Of a stretch of DNA of 64,000 nt, positions 40,715-49,968 are shown piece after piece. Source of the DNA: an uncultured Acidobacteriota bacterium. Lineage in GTDB: Bacteria; Acidobacteriota; Vicinamibacteria; Vicinamibacterales; CAVVIG01. The stretch lies in contig CAWIYH010000002.1 in the NCBI GenBank assembly GCA_963840225.1, forward strand, positions 135,934 to 199,933, in the 5' to 3' direction. The translations under genes and the position numbers were made by a program. The notes below the pieces were generated by a model that saw nothing but the letters and a program-made list of their open reading frames with translations, did no database searches and was not told the origin of the DNA. Position 1 is the first letter of the stretch; each line of letters starts with the position of its first letter.

Positions 40715-43060
40715 TCACGGCCGCCGCTCGAGGACCACCTTCGTAACGCCGGCACCGCGCGTGCCGACCCAGACGTCGAAGGCGTTGGTCGAGGCGGAGA
40801 AGCGGCCCGGGCTGAAGTAGGCAAAGAGCGGCCGGGGGATGTGCGGCGAGGTCGACGTGGGATTGACCGGCGTCGAGATGGCCTGCCAGCTGCCGCCGTC
40901 GTTCAGCGAGAGAAACACGCCCGCGTCGACGGCACCGGCGACGATGGTCGTCGAGTCGAGCGGGTCGAACTTGAATAGCGACGGCTGCCAGTAGGTGCCG
41001 AACCCGCCGCCCGTGGTCTTGCCTTGCGTCGTCTGGTTGAGGAACGTGGCACCGGCCGGCGTGACGCCGAGCATCAGGTTCTCGAGGGCCGTCAGCCGCG
41101 TCCACGGCGCACCGAGCGCCGTCGTCATCCAGATCTCGAAGTTGTTCGACGCGGCGTTGATACCCGAGATGATGATGCGCCGGCCGTCGGTCGGGTCCAC
41201 GTCCCACGCCGTCGCGCTCGCGATGCCGGGCGGCAGCGGCACGGACACCCAGCTGGTCCCCGCCGCGCCGGTCGTGCCGACGAGCGACGACCGGAAGATC
41301 ACACCGGTCGATTCCGGGTTGCCCGTTCCCGTGTGATAGAAGACGTTCGGCCTGCCGCCGAGGTTGGCCACCTTCAGGTTGCCGGTGCCCGAGCTCGGCG
41401 CGGTGGGCGCGCTCAACCCCGTCCAGGCAATCCCGCTCGTGATGTCGTTGGTGAAGTACACGTCGCCCGACAGGTTCACCACGGCGCCCTTCGCGCCGAA
41501 CGGCACGTTCTGCCGCCCGCTCTCGAACCGCGTGAAGTTGGCCGACGACGGGTAGTTCGAGATCTCGCCGCCGCCCCCGCCGTCGCGGTTGCGGAGGTTC
41601 AACCGGAAGGCCCGGCCCGAATTGAACTGGCCGTCGAGCGAGAGGATTCTGTCGGGTCCCTGGGAATTGTGCAGGACGTCGCAGCAGGTGTAGTTGTTCC
41701 AGTTCGGCCCCGGCGGGTTGTGCCCCTCCGCGACATTGGTGGCCGCCCAGCCGCCGGCATCCTGCAGGCCGTAGGTCACGGCGTGCAGGCCGGCGCCGAC
41801 GCGCGCGCCGTCCATGCCCCACAGCCACGTGGCGTGCGGGGTGATCGTCGGCTGGTCCCACTCCGGGCCCTGGCAGTCCGGATTGCTGCGCTTCGTATTG
41901 CGGTAGACGCCGCCGTCGCTCGAGAAGAGCGACGGGCACGCCCCCGACTGGAACCGCGGATCGAACAGCACGTCGCCGACGTCCCAGTGGCCTCCGTTCT
42001 GGACGTTCGTCCAGCTGTTGAGCGGCGTGCGGGCGGCGCCGCCGGGCGCCGCGGTGGACGGCGTGATGGCGGTCGTCTTGAACAGGTTCACGTCGCCGAA
42101 CCAGACGTCGAACTGGCTGGAGGTCGTCAGCTGATTCGTCCTGACGAATGGAATCCGCCCCTGCTGGTTCGATCCCCCGTTGATCGTCGGCAGCGTCAGG
42201 GAGGTGGGCCACGTCGTTCCGCCGTCGTCGGATTCGAAGATGTTGTTGCTGCTGGCGGCCAGGAGGACGTAGCTCTCGGCCGGCGACACTGCGATCGTGC
42301 TGCCCGGCCCGCTGTTCCCCGCAACGGGACCGGTGCCGGCCGGCACCGGCGTCCAGTTCGTGCCGTCATCGGTCGAGCGGAAGTGCCCGTCGTCGGTGAT
42401 GACGTCGACGATGCGGGCGCCGTGCGCGATGACGGCGTACACCTGCTCGGCCGAATCAGCCGGAGACGGGTCGACGAAGCTCCACACGCCGCCTCCGTTG
42501 AGCGTGACGGCGAGACCGCAATTGGTGCCGACGAACACCTTCTGCGTGTTGCCCGGGTTGACGGCGATCTGCCAGCCGGAGGGCTCGCTGCTCGCCCGGG
42601 CGAACCGGCAGTTCAGCGTGTTCAGCGTCGGGATGCTCACGGCCGTCCAGGTGGCGCCCGCGTCGTTGCTGACGCTGATGCCGGACTGCGGATTCACGCG
42701 GCCGTCGAAGAACGACGTCGCGTACACCCGCTCCTTGTTGTTGGGATCCACCTTGACATCCCAGGTCGCCGACGGAGAGAACGTGTTGATGCGGACCCAG
42801 GTATTGCCCTGATCGAAGCTCGTGTAGAGTCCGCCCCACTCCGTTGCCGCGTAGACCCTGCTGAAGTCGCTGGCGGCTCCCACGTGGTTCACGCGGCCGC
42901 CGCTCGCGCCGTTGGGATCGTCCGAGTCGGTGTTCGAGCGGGACGGATTGATGTCGAACCACCTGAAGGAGGTCCGTGACTGCGCGAACGACGGGGCCGG
43001 AACGATCGACAGCACCAGGCACAGGCGCGCGAGACGTCCGAGGGCCGCTTGACCGTGCAT
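40715..43060 (-). CDS. secreted BNR/Asp-box beta-propeller protein, copy 2 (intact, 781 aa)
   Basis: AGGAGAG RBS, then ATG 43060 opening MHGQAALGRLARLCLVLSIVPAPSFA. Asp-boxes SFDQGNTW, SNDAGATW, STDDGTNW, SDDGGTTW, LNDGGSW. Confidence 0.85.
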   Translation of the reverse strand: MHGQAALGRLARLCLVLSIVPAPSFAQSRTSFRWFDINPSRSNTDSDDPNGASGGRVNHVGAASDFSRVYAATEWGGLYTSFDQGNTWVRINTFSPSATWDVKVDPNNKERVYATSFFDGRVNPQSGISVSNDAGATWTAVSIPTLNTLNCRFARASSEPSGWQIAVNPGNTQKVFVGTNCGLAVTLNGGGVWSFVDPSPADSAEQVYAVIAHGARIVDVITDDGHFRSTDDGTNWTPVPAGTGPVAGNSGPGSTIAVSPAESYVLLAASSNNIFESDDGGTTWPTSLTLPTINGGSNQQGRIPFVRTNQLTTSSQFDVWFGDVNLFKTTAITPSTAAPGGAARTPLNSWTNVQNGGHWDVGDVLFDPRFQSGACPSLFSSDGGVYRNTKRSNPDCQGPEWDQPTITPHATWLWGMDGARVGAGLHAVTYGLQDAGGWAATNVAEGHNPPGPNWNNYTCCDVLHNSQGPDRILSLDGQFNSGRAFRLNLRNRDGGGGGEISNYPSSANFTRFESGRQNVPFGAKGAVVNLSGDVYFTNDITSGIAWTGLSAPTAPSSGTGNLKVANLGGRPNVFYHTGTGNPESTGVIFRSSLVGTTGAAGTSWVSVPLPPGIASATAWDVDPTDGRRIIISGINAASNNFEIWMTTALGAPWTRLTALENLMLGVTPAGATFLNQTTQGKTTGGGFGTYWQPSLFKFDPLDSTTIVAGAVDAGVFLSLNDGGSWQAISTPVNPTSTSPHIPRPLFAYFSPGRFSASTNAFDVWVGTRGAGVTKVVLERRP

Positions 43061-43086
43061 CGTGGCTCTCTCCTGGCTGTGTCGAG

Positions 43087-43806
43087 TCAGCGCGGGCAGA
43101 CGGGGGTGAGGAACACGAAGGAGCCGCCCGCCGTCCACTCGTCGTCGCTGCGACGGTCCTCCCGTATCGCGTACGACAACCCGGCGCTCAGATCCTGAAG
43201 CGTCAATGTGTACCGCTCGAGCCGCCGCCCCGTGTCGCGATCCTGAACGGCCTGGGCTTCGAAGCCCGCGAGCCTGGGAAACAGGCCCGGACCGGTCAAC
43301 AGCACGGCTTCCGGATTCTCGATCAAAGCGCTGTTCGACGGCAGCTCGAACCGCTCGTGCCTGTCGCTCGCCAGGGCGCTCGAGTAATAGTTGCGCCCGA
43401 ATCCGTCGTGATGCACCGCAAGGTCGAACCTGAGCGCCGGCACGTCGCGGCTCGGGTCCGCGGCGCCCGCGCTGCCCGACGGCGGGCCGCTCCACGTGAG
43501 CGTCACCTGGGGGACCAGGCCCCCGGCGCCGGGGGAAGACACGCATTCGGAAACGACCGCCGGCTCCCAGAGCGCTCCGCCGGGCGTCTTCTCCAGCGTG
43601 ACGACCGGCATGGCCAGCTCGGGAGACGCGCTGATGAACCGGCGCCAGTTCTTCTCGAAGTCGGCGAAGCTCTTGTCCTGGGGTTTGCGGTCGGTGGTGA
43701 CGTCCTGCGTCAGGTCGATGCTGTCCCGATCCCGGCGCTGGGCCCGGCTGCACGCGAACGCTGCGACGAGACACGCCGAGAAGAGCAACGGCGAGACCGC
43801 CTGCAT
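43087..43806 (-). CDS. small secreted protein with N-terminal Cys (possible lipoprotein), copy 2
   Basis: MQAVSPLLFSACLVAAFAC... It ends FLTPVCPR. An alternative TTG start lies at 43824. Confidence 0.7.
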   Translation of the reverse strand: MQAVSPLLFSACLVAAFACSRAQRRDRDSIDLTQDVTTDRKPQDKSFADFEKNWRRFISASPELAMPVVTLEKTPGGALWEPAVVSECVSSPGAGGLVPQVTLTWSGPPSGSAGAADPSRDVPALRFDLAVHHDGFGRNYYSSALASDRHERFELPSNSALIENPEAVLLTGPGLFPRLAGFEAQAVQDRDTGRRLERYTLTLQDLSAGLSYAIREDRRSDDEWTAGGSFVFLTPVCPR

Positions 43807-43833
43807 AGCCCTAGCTATACCCAATCGAAAGGC

Positions 43834-43862
43834 TTGTCAAGCAAAGCTTTGACGTTCATAAT
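43834..43862 (+). promoter_or_regulatory. sigma-70-type promoter TTGTCA-N17-CATAAT
   Basis: AT-rich divergent intergenic region. TTGTCA at 43834-43839 and CATAAT at 43857-43862, ahead of ATG 43877. A TTGACA box on the opposite strand overlaps it. Confidence 0.4.
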
Positions 43863-43876
43863 CCGCCCGGTCGGGC

Positions 43877-45070
43877 ATGAAGCCACCAACCGCCCGCGGC
43901 CGCATCGACACGGTGCTCGAGCCGGACTTCCTCACCTTCGGCGAGCCCCACATCCTCGAGGACGAAATCGACGAGGTCGTGGCCTGCCTGCGCTCGGGCT
44001 GGTGCGGCACCGGTCCGCGCGTCGCCCGGTTCGAGCGCGACTTCGCCGACTTCAAGGGCGGCGCGCACGTCGCCGCCGTCGCCTCGTGCTCCGCCGCCCT
44101 GCATCTGAGCCTGCTCGTGGCCGGCATCGAGCCGGGCGACGAGGTCATCACGTCGCCGTTGACCTTCTGCGGCGCGATCAACGCGATCATCCACGCCGGC
44201 GGACGCCCGGTCCTGGCCGACGTCGACCCGATCACGATGAACGTCGACCCGCGCGAGGTGGAAGCCCGCGTCACGCCGCGGACGCGCGCCATCCTGCCCG
44301 TGCACTTTGCCGGGCGCCCGTGCGATCTCGATGCCCTCGGCCGCATCGCGCGCCGGCACGGGCTCCGGCTCATCGAGGACTGCGCGCACGCGGTCGAAGC
44401 GCGCTACCGCGGCGCACCCGTCGGCACCCTCGGCGATTTCGGGTGCTTCAGCTTCTATGCGACCAAGAACGTGACCTCCGGCGAGGGCGGCATGGTGATC
44501 GCGCGCGACGAGCGCGACATCGCCCGGATCAGGACGCTCGCGCTGCACGGCCTGTCGAAGGACGCATGGAGCCGCGTCCGGGCGCGGCACGACACGCGCT
44601 ACCGGTGTGTGGAGATCGGCTTCAAGTACAACATGATCGACCTGCAGGCCGCGATCGGCATCCACCAGCTCCGCCGGGTCGAAGCGAGCTGGGAACGACG
44701 CCAGTCGATCTGGCAGCGATACCTGGGAGCGCTTCGGGATGTCCCCGTCGGCCTCCCCGCCGCGTCCGACCCCGACTGCCGGCACGCCCATCACCTGTTC
44801 ACGATCGCGATCGACGAGCGCAGGACCGGCGTGACGCGCGACCGGTTCCTCGACGCCATGACCGCGCTCGGCATCGGCGTCGGCGTGCACTACCCGAGCG
44901 TGCCCGAGCACCCGGCGTATCGAGAGCGTTTCGGATGGCGCCCCGAGGAGTGGCCGGTCGCCATGCGCATCGGCAGGGAGACCGCCAGCCTGCCGATCGG
45001 TCCGGCGCTCGACGATCGCGACGTCGACCGCGTCGTCGGCGCGGTCGACACCGCCCTGCGCGCGTCCTGA
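43877..45070 (+). CDS. DegT/DnrJ/EryC1/StrS-family PLP sugar aminotransferase
   Basis: ITSPLTFCGAINAI, ILPVHFAGRPCD, FSFYATKNVTSGEGG (PLP lysine). Confidence 0.92.
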   Translation: MKPPTARGRIDTVLEPDFLTFGEPHILEDEIDEVVACLRSGWCGTGPRVARFERDFADFKGGAHVAAVASCSAALHLSLLVAGIEPGDEVITSPLTFCGAINAIIHAGGRPVLADVDPITMNVDPREVEARVTPRTRAILPVHFAGRPCDLDALGRIARRHGLRLIEDCAHAVEARYRGAPVGTLGDFGCFSFYATKNVTSGEGGMVIARDERDIARIRTLALHGLSKDAWSRVRARHDTRYRCVEIGFKYNMIDLQAAIGIHQLRRVEASWERRQSIWQRYLGALRDVPVGLPAASDPDCRHAHHLFTIAIDERRTGVTRDRFLDAMTALGIGVGVHYPSVPEHPAYRERFGWRPEEWPVAMRIGRETASLPIGPALDDRDVDRVVGAVDTALRAS

Positions 45071-46038
45071 GCGGGCGCCGGCGGAGCGGCGAGGTGGTAG
45101 AGGTTCTGCAGCGACCATCGGTCCAGCCGATCCTCGACCCCGAAGACCGGCTTCACGCATCTCAGCTCGAAGAAATCGACCGGAAAGACGTAGTCGTCCC
45201 AGTTCTCGATCCGGGCGATCCCCGTCAACTCCTGGAACCGATTCGAGATCGCCAGGTCCTCGAAGCCGTCGAGCGGAAGGTCGACCGTCTTCAGGAGCGA
45301 AAGGACGAATCCCTTCCGGCGGACCACGTCGAGCACCGCGTTCAGGTCGCCGATCTCGTAGCAGTAGGCGCTGTTGATTCGGCGGATCTCGCGATCGATT
45401 GCGCCGCGATGCTCGGGCCGCGGGGGAACGCGCGCGAACAGGTCCTTGATGTACAGGCAGCCTCCGGGCCTGAGGACGTCCCAGCAGGCGTCGACGAGCC
45501 GGCTCTTGTCGCGCGAGTGTCCGAACGACTCCAGGAAGTAGACGACGTCGTAGGCGCCGCTGGCGAAGTAGTCCGTCAGGCGGTGATAGTCGCCGCAGAC
45601 GACCCGCAGGCGCTCGTGCAGCCCCTCCACGTCGACTCTGCGCCGCGCCGCCTGGTACTGCGCATTCGAGATCGTGATGCCGTCCACCCTCACCTTCGCG
45701 CACCTGACGAAGTGCGCGGCCGGCGCCGCGGTGCCGCAACCGGCGTCCAGCGCCCGTTGTCCCGGCTCGAAGCCGATGCTTCGGATCTCGTAGTTCAGCA
45801 GGTCGACGACGTTCCGGGTCCGGAGCGCCTGGATGACCTCGCCGTACACCTCCATGAACTGGTCGTGGTGGCGATCGTAGAAGCGGCCGACGCTGGCGGC
45901 GTGGCGGTCGTCATACGGCGCGGCGGGGGCGGGCGTCGCCTCGCGGCGCGAGACATTCCTCTTCTTCCACGCCGCGAGCCGCAGCGCGATTTCCGCCTTG
46001 ATGTGCCCCGGCGTGTAGGTGTCCAGGAATCGTCGCAT
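44890..46038 (-). CDS. class I SAM-dependent methyltransferase (CMAS/sterol-MT-like)
   Basis: ALDAGCGTAAPAAHF, VVYFLESFGHS, LRPGGCLYIKD. The 3' tail overlaps the DegT gene by 181 nt. Confidence 0.82.
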   Translation of the reverse strand: MRRFLDTYTPGHIKAEIALRLAAWKKRNVSRREATPAPAAPYDDRHAASVGRFYDRHHDQFMEVYGEVIQALRTRNVVDLLNYEIRSIGFEPGQRALDAGCGTAAPAAHFVRCAKVRVDGITISNAQYQAARRRVDVEGLHERLRVVCGDYHRLTDYFASGAYDVVYFLESFGHSRDKSRLVDACWDVLRPGGCLYIKDLFARVPPRPEHRGAIDREIRRINSAYCYEIGDLNAVLDVVRRKGFVLSLLKTVDLPLDGFEDLAISNRFQELTGIARIENWDDYVFPVDFFELRCVKPVFGVEDRLDRWSLQNLYHLAAPPAPAQDARRAVSTAPTTRSTSRSSSAGPIGRLAVSLPMRMATGHSSGRHPKRSRYAGCSGTLG

Positions 46039-46042
46039 GCGG

Positions 46043-47929
46043 CTACGGCCTCGTCAGACGGTATCGGATCTCCCGCACGATGTTGGCCGGCGTGTACACC
46101 TTCCACAGCGGACGGCCGTCGGCCGGACGAGGCTTGGGCCGGCCCGCCGCCGGTGTCGTCCCCGCGGCTCCCTCGATCGCGAGCGCGGCCACCCGGCTCC
46201 CGAGCGCGGCGTCTTCCCGATTGCCCGCGGCCCTGATGCGCGCCACGAGGTCCGACGTGTCGTACTGCCGGGATCGGACCGCGAACAGCCCGATGCAGTC
46301 GAGCCCGCGCGGTTTGTCCCCTCTCTGGTACAGCGCCGACAGCCGGGCGTTGTTGTAGTGGACGAAGAACTCGGGGGTCACCTCATATCCCTCGATCGCC
46401 GGCCGCGGCTGCCCGGGCAGCAGGTAGTAGTGCCTGAGGCGCGCGTCGCGATGCGTGACGCCGATGCCGAACGCGATCCTGATGCGGTCGGTGCCGTTCG
46501 GCGGCGACGCGTGCAGCGTCCGGTTGTTGAAGACGACGGCCTGACCGGCGCGCAGGTCCACCAGCTGCATGTACGGAAAGATGTCGCGCAGCTGGTCCTT
46601 GAACGGGGGCGCGTACTGCGGAGAGGGTGACGGCCGGACGTGATCGTACAGGAGGTGGCTTCCCTTGAGCAGGGCCAGCGCGCCGTTCTCCACGTTCACG
46701 TCGACGAGCGGACACCACATGGTCGCCGACCAGAATCGCGATTCGTCGACGAAGGTCCAGTCCTGGTGCGGCGGCACGACGCCCAGCGGGTTCGGGCTCT
46801 TCGTCACGAAGCTCGCGGTGAAGATCTGATGATCCGTCAGATGGCGCTCGACGCTCGGGCCCACCTCGTCGACCAGCCTCTCCGAGACGGCGCGCACGAA
46901 CCGGGAGCTCTCGTTGTCCAGGCTCACCTGAAAGCCGTTCTGCGGGACGGCGGCATTCGAGAGGCCGTCATGGAACGCCCGCAGACGATCGACCGTCCCC
47001 TGGTCGATCAGATCCAGGACGACGAAGCCGCTGGCTTCGAACTGGTGCTGAAGCGCCGAATCTCTGAACAGCTGCATCGTCGGGCACCCGCCGCCGCGCT
47101 CGCCGTCGTGCTGGCGGATCCGGGCCTCCAGTGACTGGTCGGTGACCGCAACATGGCTGTAGGGGCGTCGATTCAGCCGGCGGGTCCCCTGCGGCACCAG
47201 CCCCCTGGCCAGCCGGTCGATGTGCGTGAGGTAGAACTCCGGGCTGGCCTCGTAGACGTCGACCTCCGTGTCGCTGTGCTTGTGGAAGTATACGAGGGGC
47301 GTCTCTGGTTCCGTGATCCGGGCCGTCACCACGACGCGATCCCGCGGGCCGCTGTTCGCGTGGCTTCCGTGAAACAGCGCGTCCGAATAGACGATCGCCT
47401 CGCCCGCCCTCAGCGGCACGTCGATCACGTGGTCGTGGAGCTCCACCGGCAGCAGATACCGGTTCGAGGGATAGCTTCCCGACCGGAGAATCGACGCAAA
47501 CCAGCGATGACTGCCCGGGAGCACGAAGAGGGCACCGCTGGTGACCGAGACGTCCTCCAGCGGACACCACAGGAACATCGTCTGGCGGCGCTCTTCGTCC
47601 ACGACGCTCCAGTCCTGATGGAGCGGCAGGACGGAGGAATCCACGTGCGACTTGACCATGAAGGTGCCGCCATAGATCGTCGCCGGCAGGAAGCGACCCG
47701 CCGCGGCCTTCTCGACCTCCTGCCGGATGGCGTCGTTGATCGCACGGTTCACGTCATACGGATTGTGGCGGCTGCTCTCGTAGAGGCCGGAGACCGCGCT
47801 TCTGTCGACGTGCCGCACGTACAGCGCCATGAGCGCGTCGACCTGCGGGCAAGACAGGAGGGGCACGACGAGGTACCCGTCCCGATCGAAGCGTTCTTGC
47901 GCCGAAGGATCGCGCAGGAGGGGCTTCAT
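46043..47929 (-). CDS. tandem di-domain PhyH-type Fe(II)/2-oxoglutarate dioxygenase
   Basis: Two complete PhyH units: LPLHQDWSVVDE...LFHGSHAN and VPPHQDWTFVDE...TLHASPPN. Confidence 0.85.
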   Translation of the reverse strand: MKPLLRDPSAQERFDRDGYLVVPLLSCPQVDALMALYVRHVDRSAVSGLYESSRHNPYDVNRAINDAIRQEVEKAAAGRFLPATIYGGTFMVKSHVDSSVLPLHQDWSVVDEERRQTMFLWCPLEDVSVTSGALFVLPGSHRWFASILRSGSYPSNRYLLPVELHDHVIDVPLRAGEAIVYSDALFHGSHANSGPRDRVVVTARITEPETPLVYFHKHSDTEVDVYEASPEFYLTHIDRLARGLVPQGTRRLNRRPYSHVAVTDQSLEARIRQHDGERGGGCPTMQLFRDSALQHQFEASGFVVLDLIDQGTVDRLRAFHDGLSNAAVPQNGFQVSLDNESSRFVRAVSERLVDEVGPSVERHLTDHQIFTASFVTKSPNPLGVVPPHQDWTFVDESRFWSATMWCPLVDVNVENGALALLKGSHLLYDHVRPSPSPQYAPPFKDQLRDIFPYMQLVDLRAGQAVVFNNRTLHASPPNGTDRIRIAFGIGVTHRDARLRHYYLLPGQPRPAIEGYEVTPEFFVHYNNARLSALYQRGDKPRGLDCIGLFAVRSRQYDTSDLVARIRAAGNREDAALGSRVAALAIEGAAGTTPAAGRPKPRPADGRPLWKVYTPANIVREIRYRLTRP

Positions 47930-47932
47930 CGC

Positions 47933-49789
47933 TCAGCGCCTGAAGAGGGCATTCCACGCGCGGCTCAGTGCCGCGCCTGCCACCGCGGGGTCCCTGCGTC
48001 GAAGCCGGCCGGCCGGCGGCATCAGGCGCCGCCCGTTCTTCTTCAGGCCCGATCGCTCGCAGAGCCGACGGATTTCGTCGGCGGAGAACGGGATGAACTC
48101 GTCCTCGAAGACCGCCTCGACAGTGCAGTCTTCGGGCATCTGCGCAGCGTCGAAAGTCGTCTTGAGCGAGGCGACGGTGTTCCGCTCGAAGAACGACGGG
48201 TCGACCTTGAGCTTGGCGATCGTGCGGCGGGCGTCCTGCACGCCCGCGGGCACGAGGAAGTAATGACAGAGGTCGGCGTCACGCGGCGTCATGCCGATGG
48301 CCACCGCCAGCCTCGGCGCGGTCGTCAGGTTGGGCGGGGCGCCGTGGATGGTGCGGTTGTCGAAGACCACCGCCTGCCCGGCCTCGAGCGGCACGAACGC
48401 CAGGTACTGGTACAGAACCGCCTCGTGGCCCTGCGCGCACGTCCGGAAGTCGGGCGACGGCGAGCCGATCGGTTTGTCGAAGAACTCGTGGCTGCCGCGC
48501 ACGAAGCCGAGGCAGCCGTTGGCCTCGTCCACATCGACGAGCGCGACCCACACGGTCATCGAGCGGTACCCGGGAGCGTCGACGAACGTCCAGTCCTGGT
48601 GCGGGGAGGTGTAGCTGTCGGCTCCCGGCGCCTTGACCAGGAAGCTGCCCAGGTGCGGCTTGCAGTCCGCGAAGTGCTCGCCGAGCCTCGGCATCAGGAC
48701 GCCCGACAGGCGCTCGATGAGCGCGCGCTTGCGCGCGAGGTCCTTCTCCTCCAAACCGATGTACATACCGTAGGCGCTGTTCTCGACCACGCCGCCGGTG
48801 GACTCGACGAACAGCTCCGTCAGGCGGCGCACCTCGTCGCGCCCGAGAAGGGAGAGCGTGACGAAGCCGTTCTCCTCCATCGAGCGCTGGACGGCTGGGT
48901 CGAGAAAGACCCGCCGCGATTCGCGTTGCCGGCGGGCCGATGCGTGCTGCACGGCGAGCCCGGCGAGCGCCCGGGTCACTTCGTCCTTTGTCGGAAACGG
49001 GATGAGGTCCTGCTCGTGATCCACTGCGCGGCGGTCGAGCCGAGCGTCCCAGAGATTGTTCTCGAGCACGAAGGCCTTGTCGATGCGGTGGGCCTTCACC
49101 CGTCCCGTGCCCTGATCGAAGACGCAGTGGATCGCGGGCGCCTCGCGCGGCTTGAGGACCGACTGTACCGCCACGCGCACCTCGCCGGTGCGGTTGGGCG
49201 GCGAATAGTGAATCAGCTTGTGGTCGAAGATCGCGGCCTGACCCCTCCTGAGCGGAATCCGCCGCGCGTACCGCTTGAGCATGTCGTTGTATTCGGTGAG
49301 CGCCTTGGGCAGGTTCGGACCACGCTGCGTCCTGAAGACCTCGTGGCTGCCGGCGATCGCGCAGAGCCCGCCGTTGGTCATGTCCGTGTCGACCAGGGGG
49401 CACCACAGATTGAAGGCCGTATGGCGGTTTTCGTCGACGAAGTTGAAGTCCTGGTGGGCCTCGATCTGGCCGTCGCCAGGAAACTTGATCATGAAGTTGG
49501 AGTAGAAGACCTCGTAATCGGCCAGCAGGTCGTCGACGCGAGGCGCGACGCAACCGGAAATCAGCGCGTCGACCTCGTGTTTGTGCGCCGTGTCCCGGTC
49601 GAAAACGGAGATGTAGTACGGCAGGTCCCGGGCATAGCCGACCACCTCCCGTTTCGTGCGGAACGCCCCCGCGTAGAACGACCACAGCCCGGCGATCTCG
49701 TCGTCGCGCAGCAGATCGACGACGATGTAGCCATTCTCCCTGAACTGCCGCTCGTGGCCGTCGTCCCTGAAGATCCGGCGCATAGCCAT
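47933..49789 (-). CDS. tandem di-domain PhyH-type Fe(II)/2-oxoglutarate dioxygenase (paralog of 46043-47929)
   Basis: IEAHQDFNFVDE...LIHYSPPN and SPHQDWTFVDA...TIHGAPPN. Start set at ATG 49789 (MAMRRIFRDDGHERQFRENGYIVV). Confidence 0.85.
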   Translation of the reverse strand: MAMRRIFRDDGHERQFRENGYIVVDLLRDDEIAGLWSFYAGAFRTKREVVGYARDLPYYISVFDRDTAHKHEVDALISGCVAPRVDDLLADYEVFYSNFMIKFPGDGQIEAHQDFNFVDENRHTAFNLWCPLVDTDMTNGGLCAIAGSHEVFRTQRGPNLPKALTEYNDMLKRYARRIPLRRGQAAIFDHKLIHYSPPNRTGEVRVAVQSVLKPREAPAIHCVFDQGTGRVKAHRIDKAFVLENNLWDARLDRRAVDHEQDLIPFPTKDEVTRALAGLAVQHASARRQRESRRVFLDPAVQRSMEENGFVTLSLLGRDEVRRLTELFVESTGGVVENSAYGMYIGLEEKDLARKRALIERLSGVLMPRLGEHFADCKPHLGSFLVKAPGADSYTSPHQDWTFVDAPGYRSMTVWVALVDVDEANGCLGFVRGSHEFFDKPIGSPSPDFRTCAQGHEAVLYQYLAFVPLEAGQAVVFDNRTIHGAPPNLTTAPRLAVAIGMTPRDADLCHYFLVPAGVQDARRTIAKLKVDPSFFERNTVASLKTTFDAAQMPEDCTVEAVFEDEFIPFSADEIRRLCERSGLKKNGRRLMPPAGRLRRRDPAVAGAALSRAWNALFRR

Positions 49790-49968
49790 GTCTGTCGCGG
49801 GAGGCACGTGTGGACGCGGACGGCGAAAGGACGCCGTGGACGGGCCAAAGTCTGCTACGCTCTCGCGCAAAAGGCAACTGATTGCGGACGGCGCCGGATC
49901 GCGCCCGGCGCCGCGCGACGCCAGCCCTCGCAGCTCGGCAGTGGCCGGCGGCGGCCAGTCCCAAGCCC

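Larger units (their letters stand above)
37517..43824 (-). repeat. tandem duplication of a two-gene module (period ~3.16-3.20 kb)
   Basis: Both gene pairs are colinear. Tract 37896-38930 matches 41081-42115 at a constant offset of 3185 nt with only scattered differences. The small-protein genes are only ~50% identical at protein level. Confidence 0.85.

Noticed and set aside
49890-49912. A perfect 8-bp inverted repeat GGCGCCGG-N7-CCGGCGCC in the leader of the UbiA-GT4 gene as a regulatory element.
   Set aside because: GC-only palindromes of this length are frequent in this composition, and there is no supporting context.
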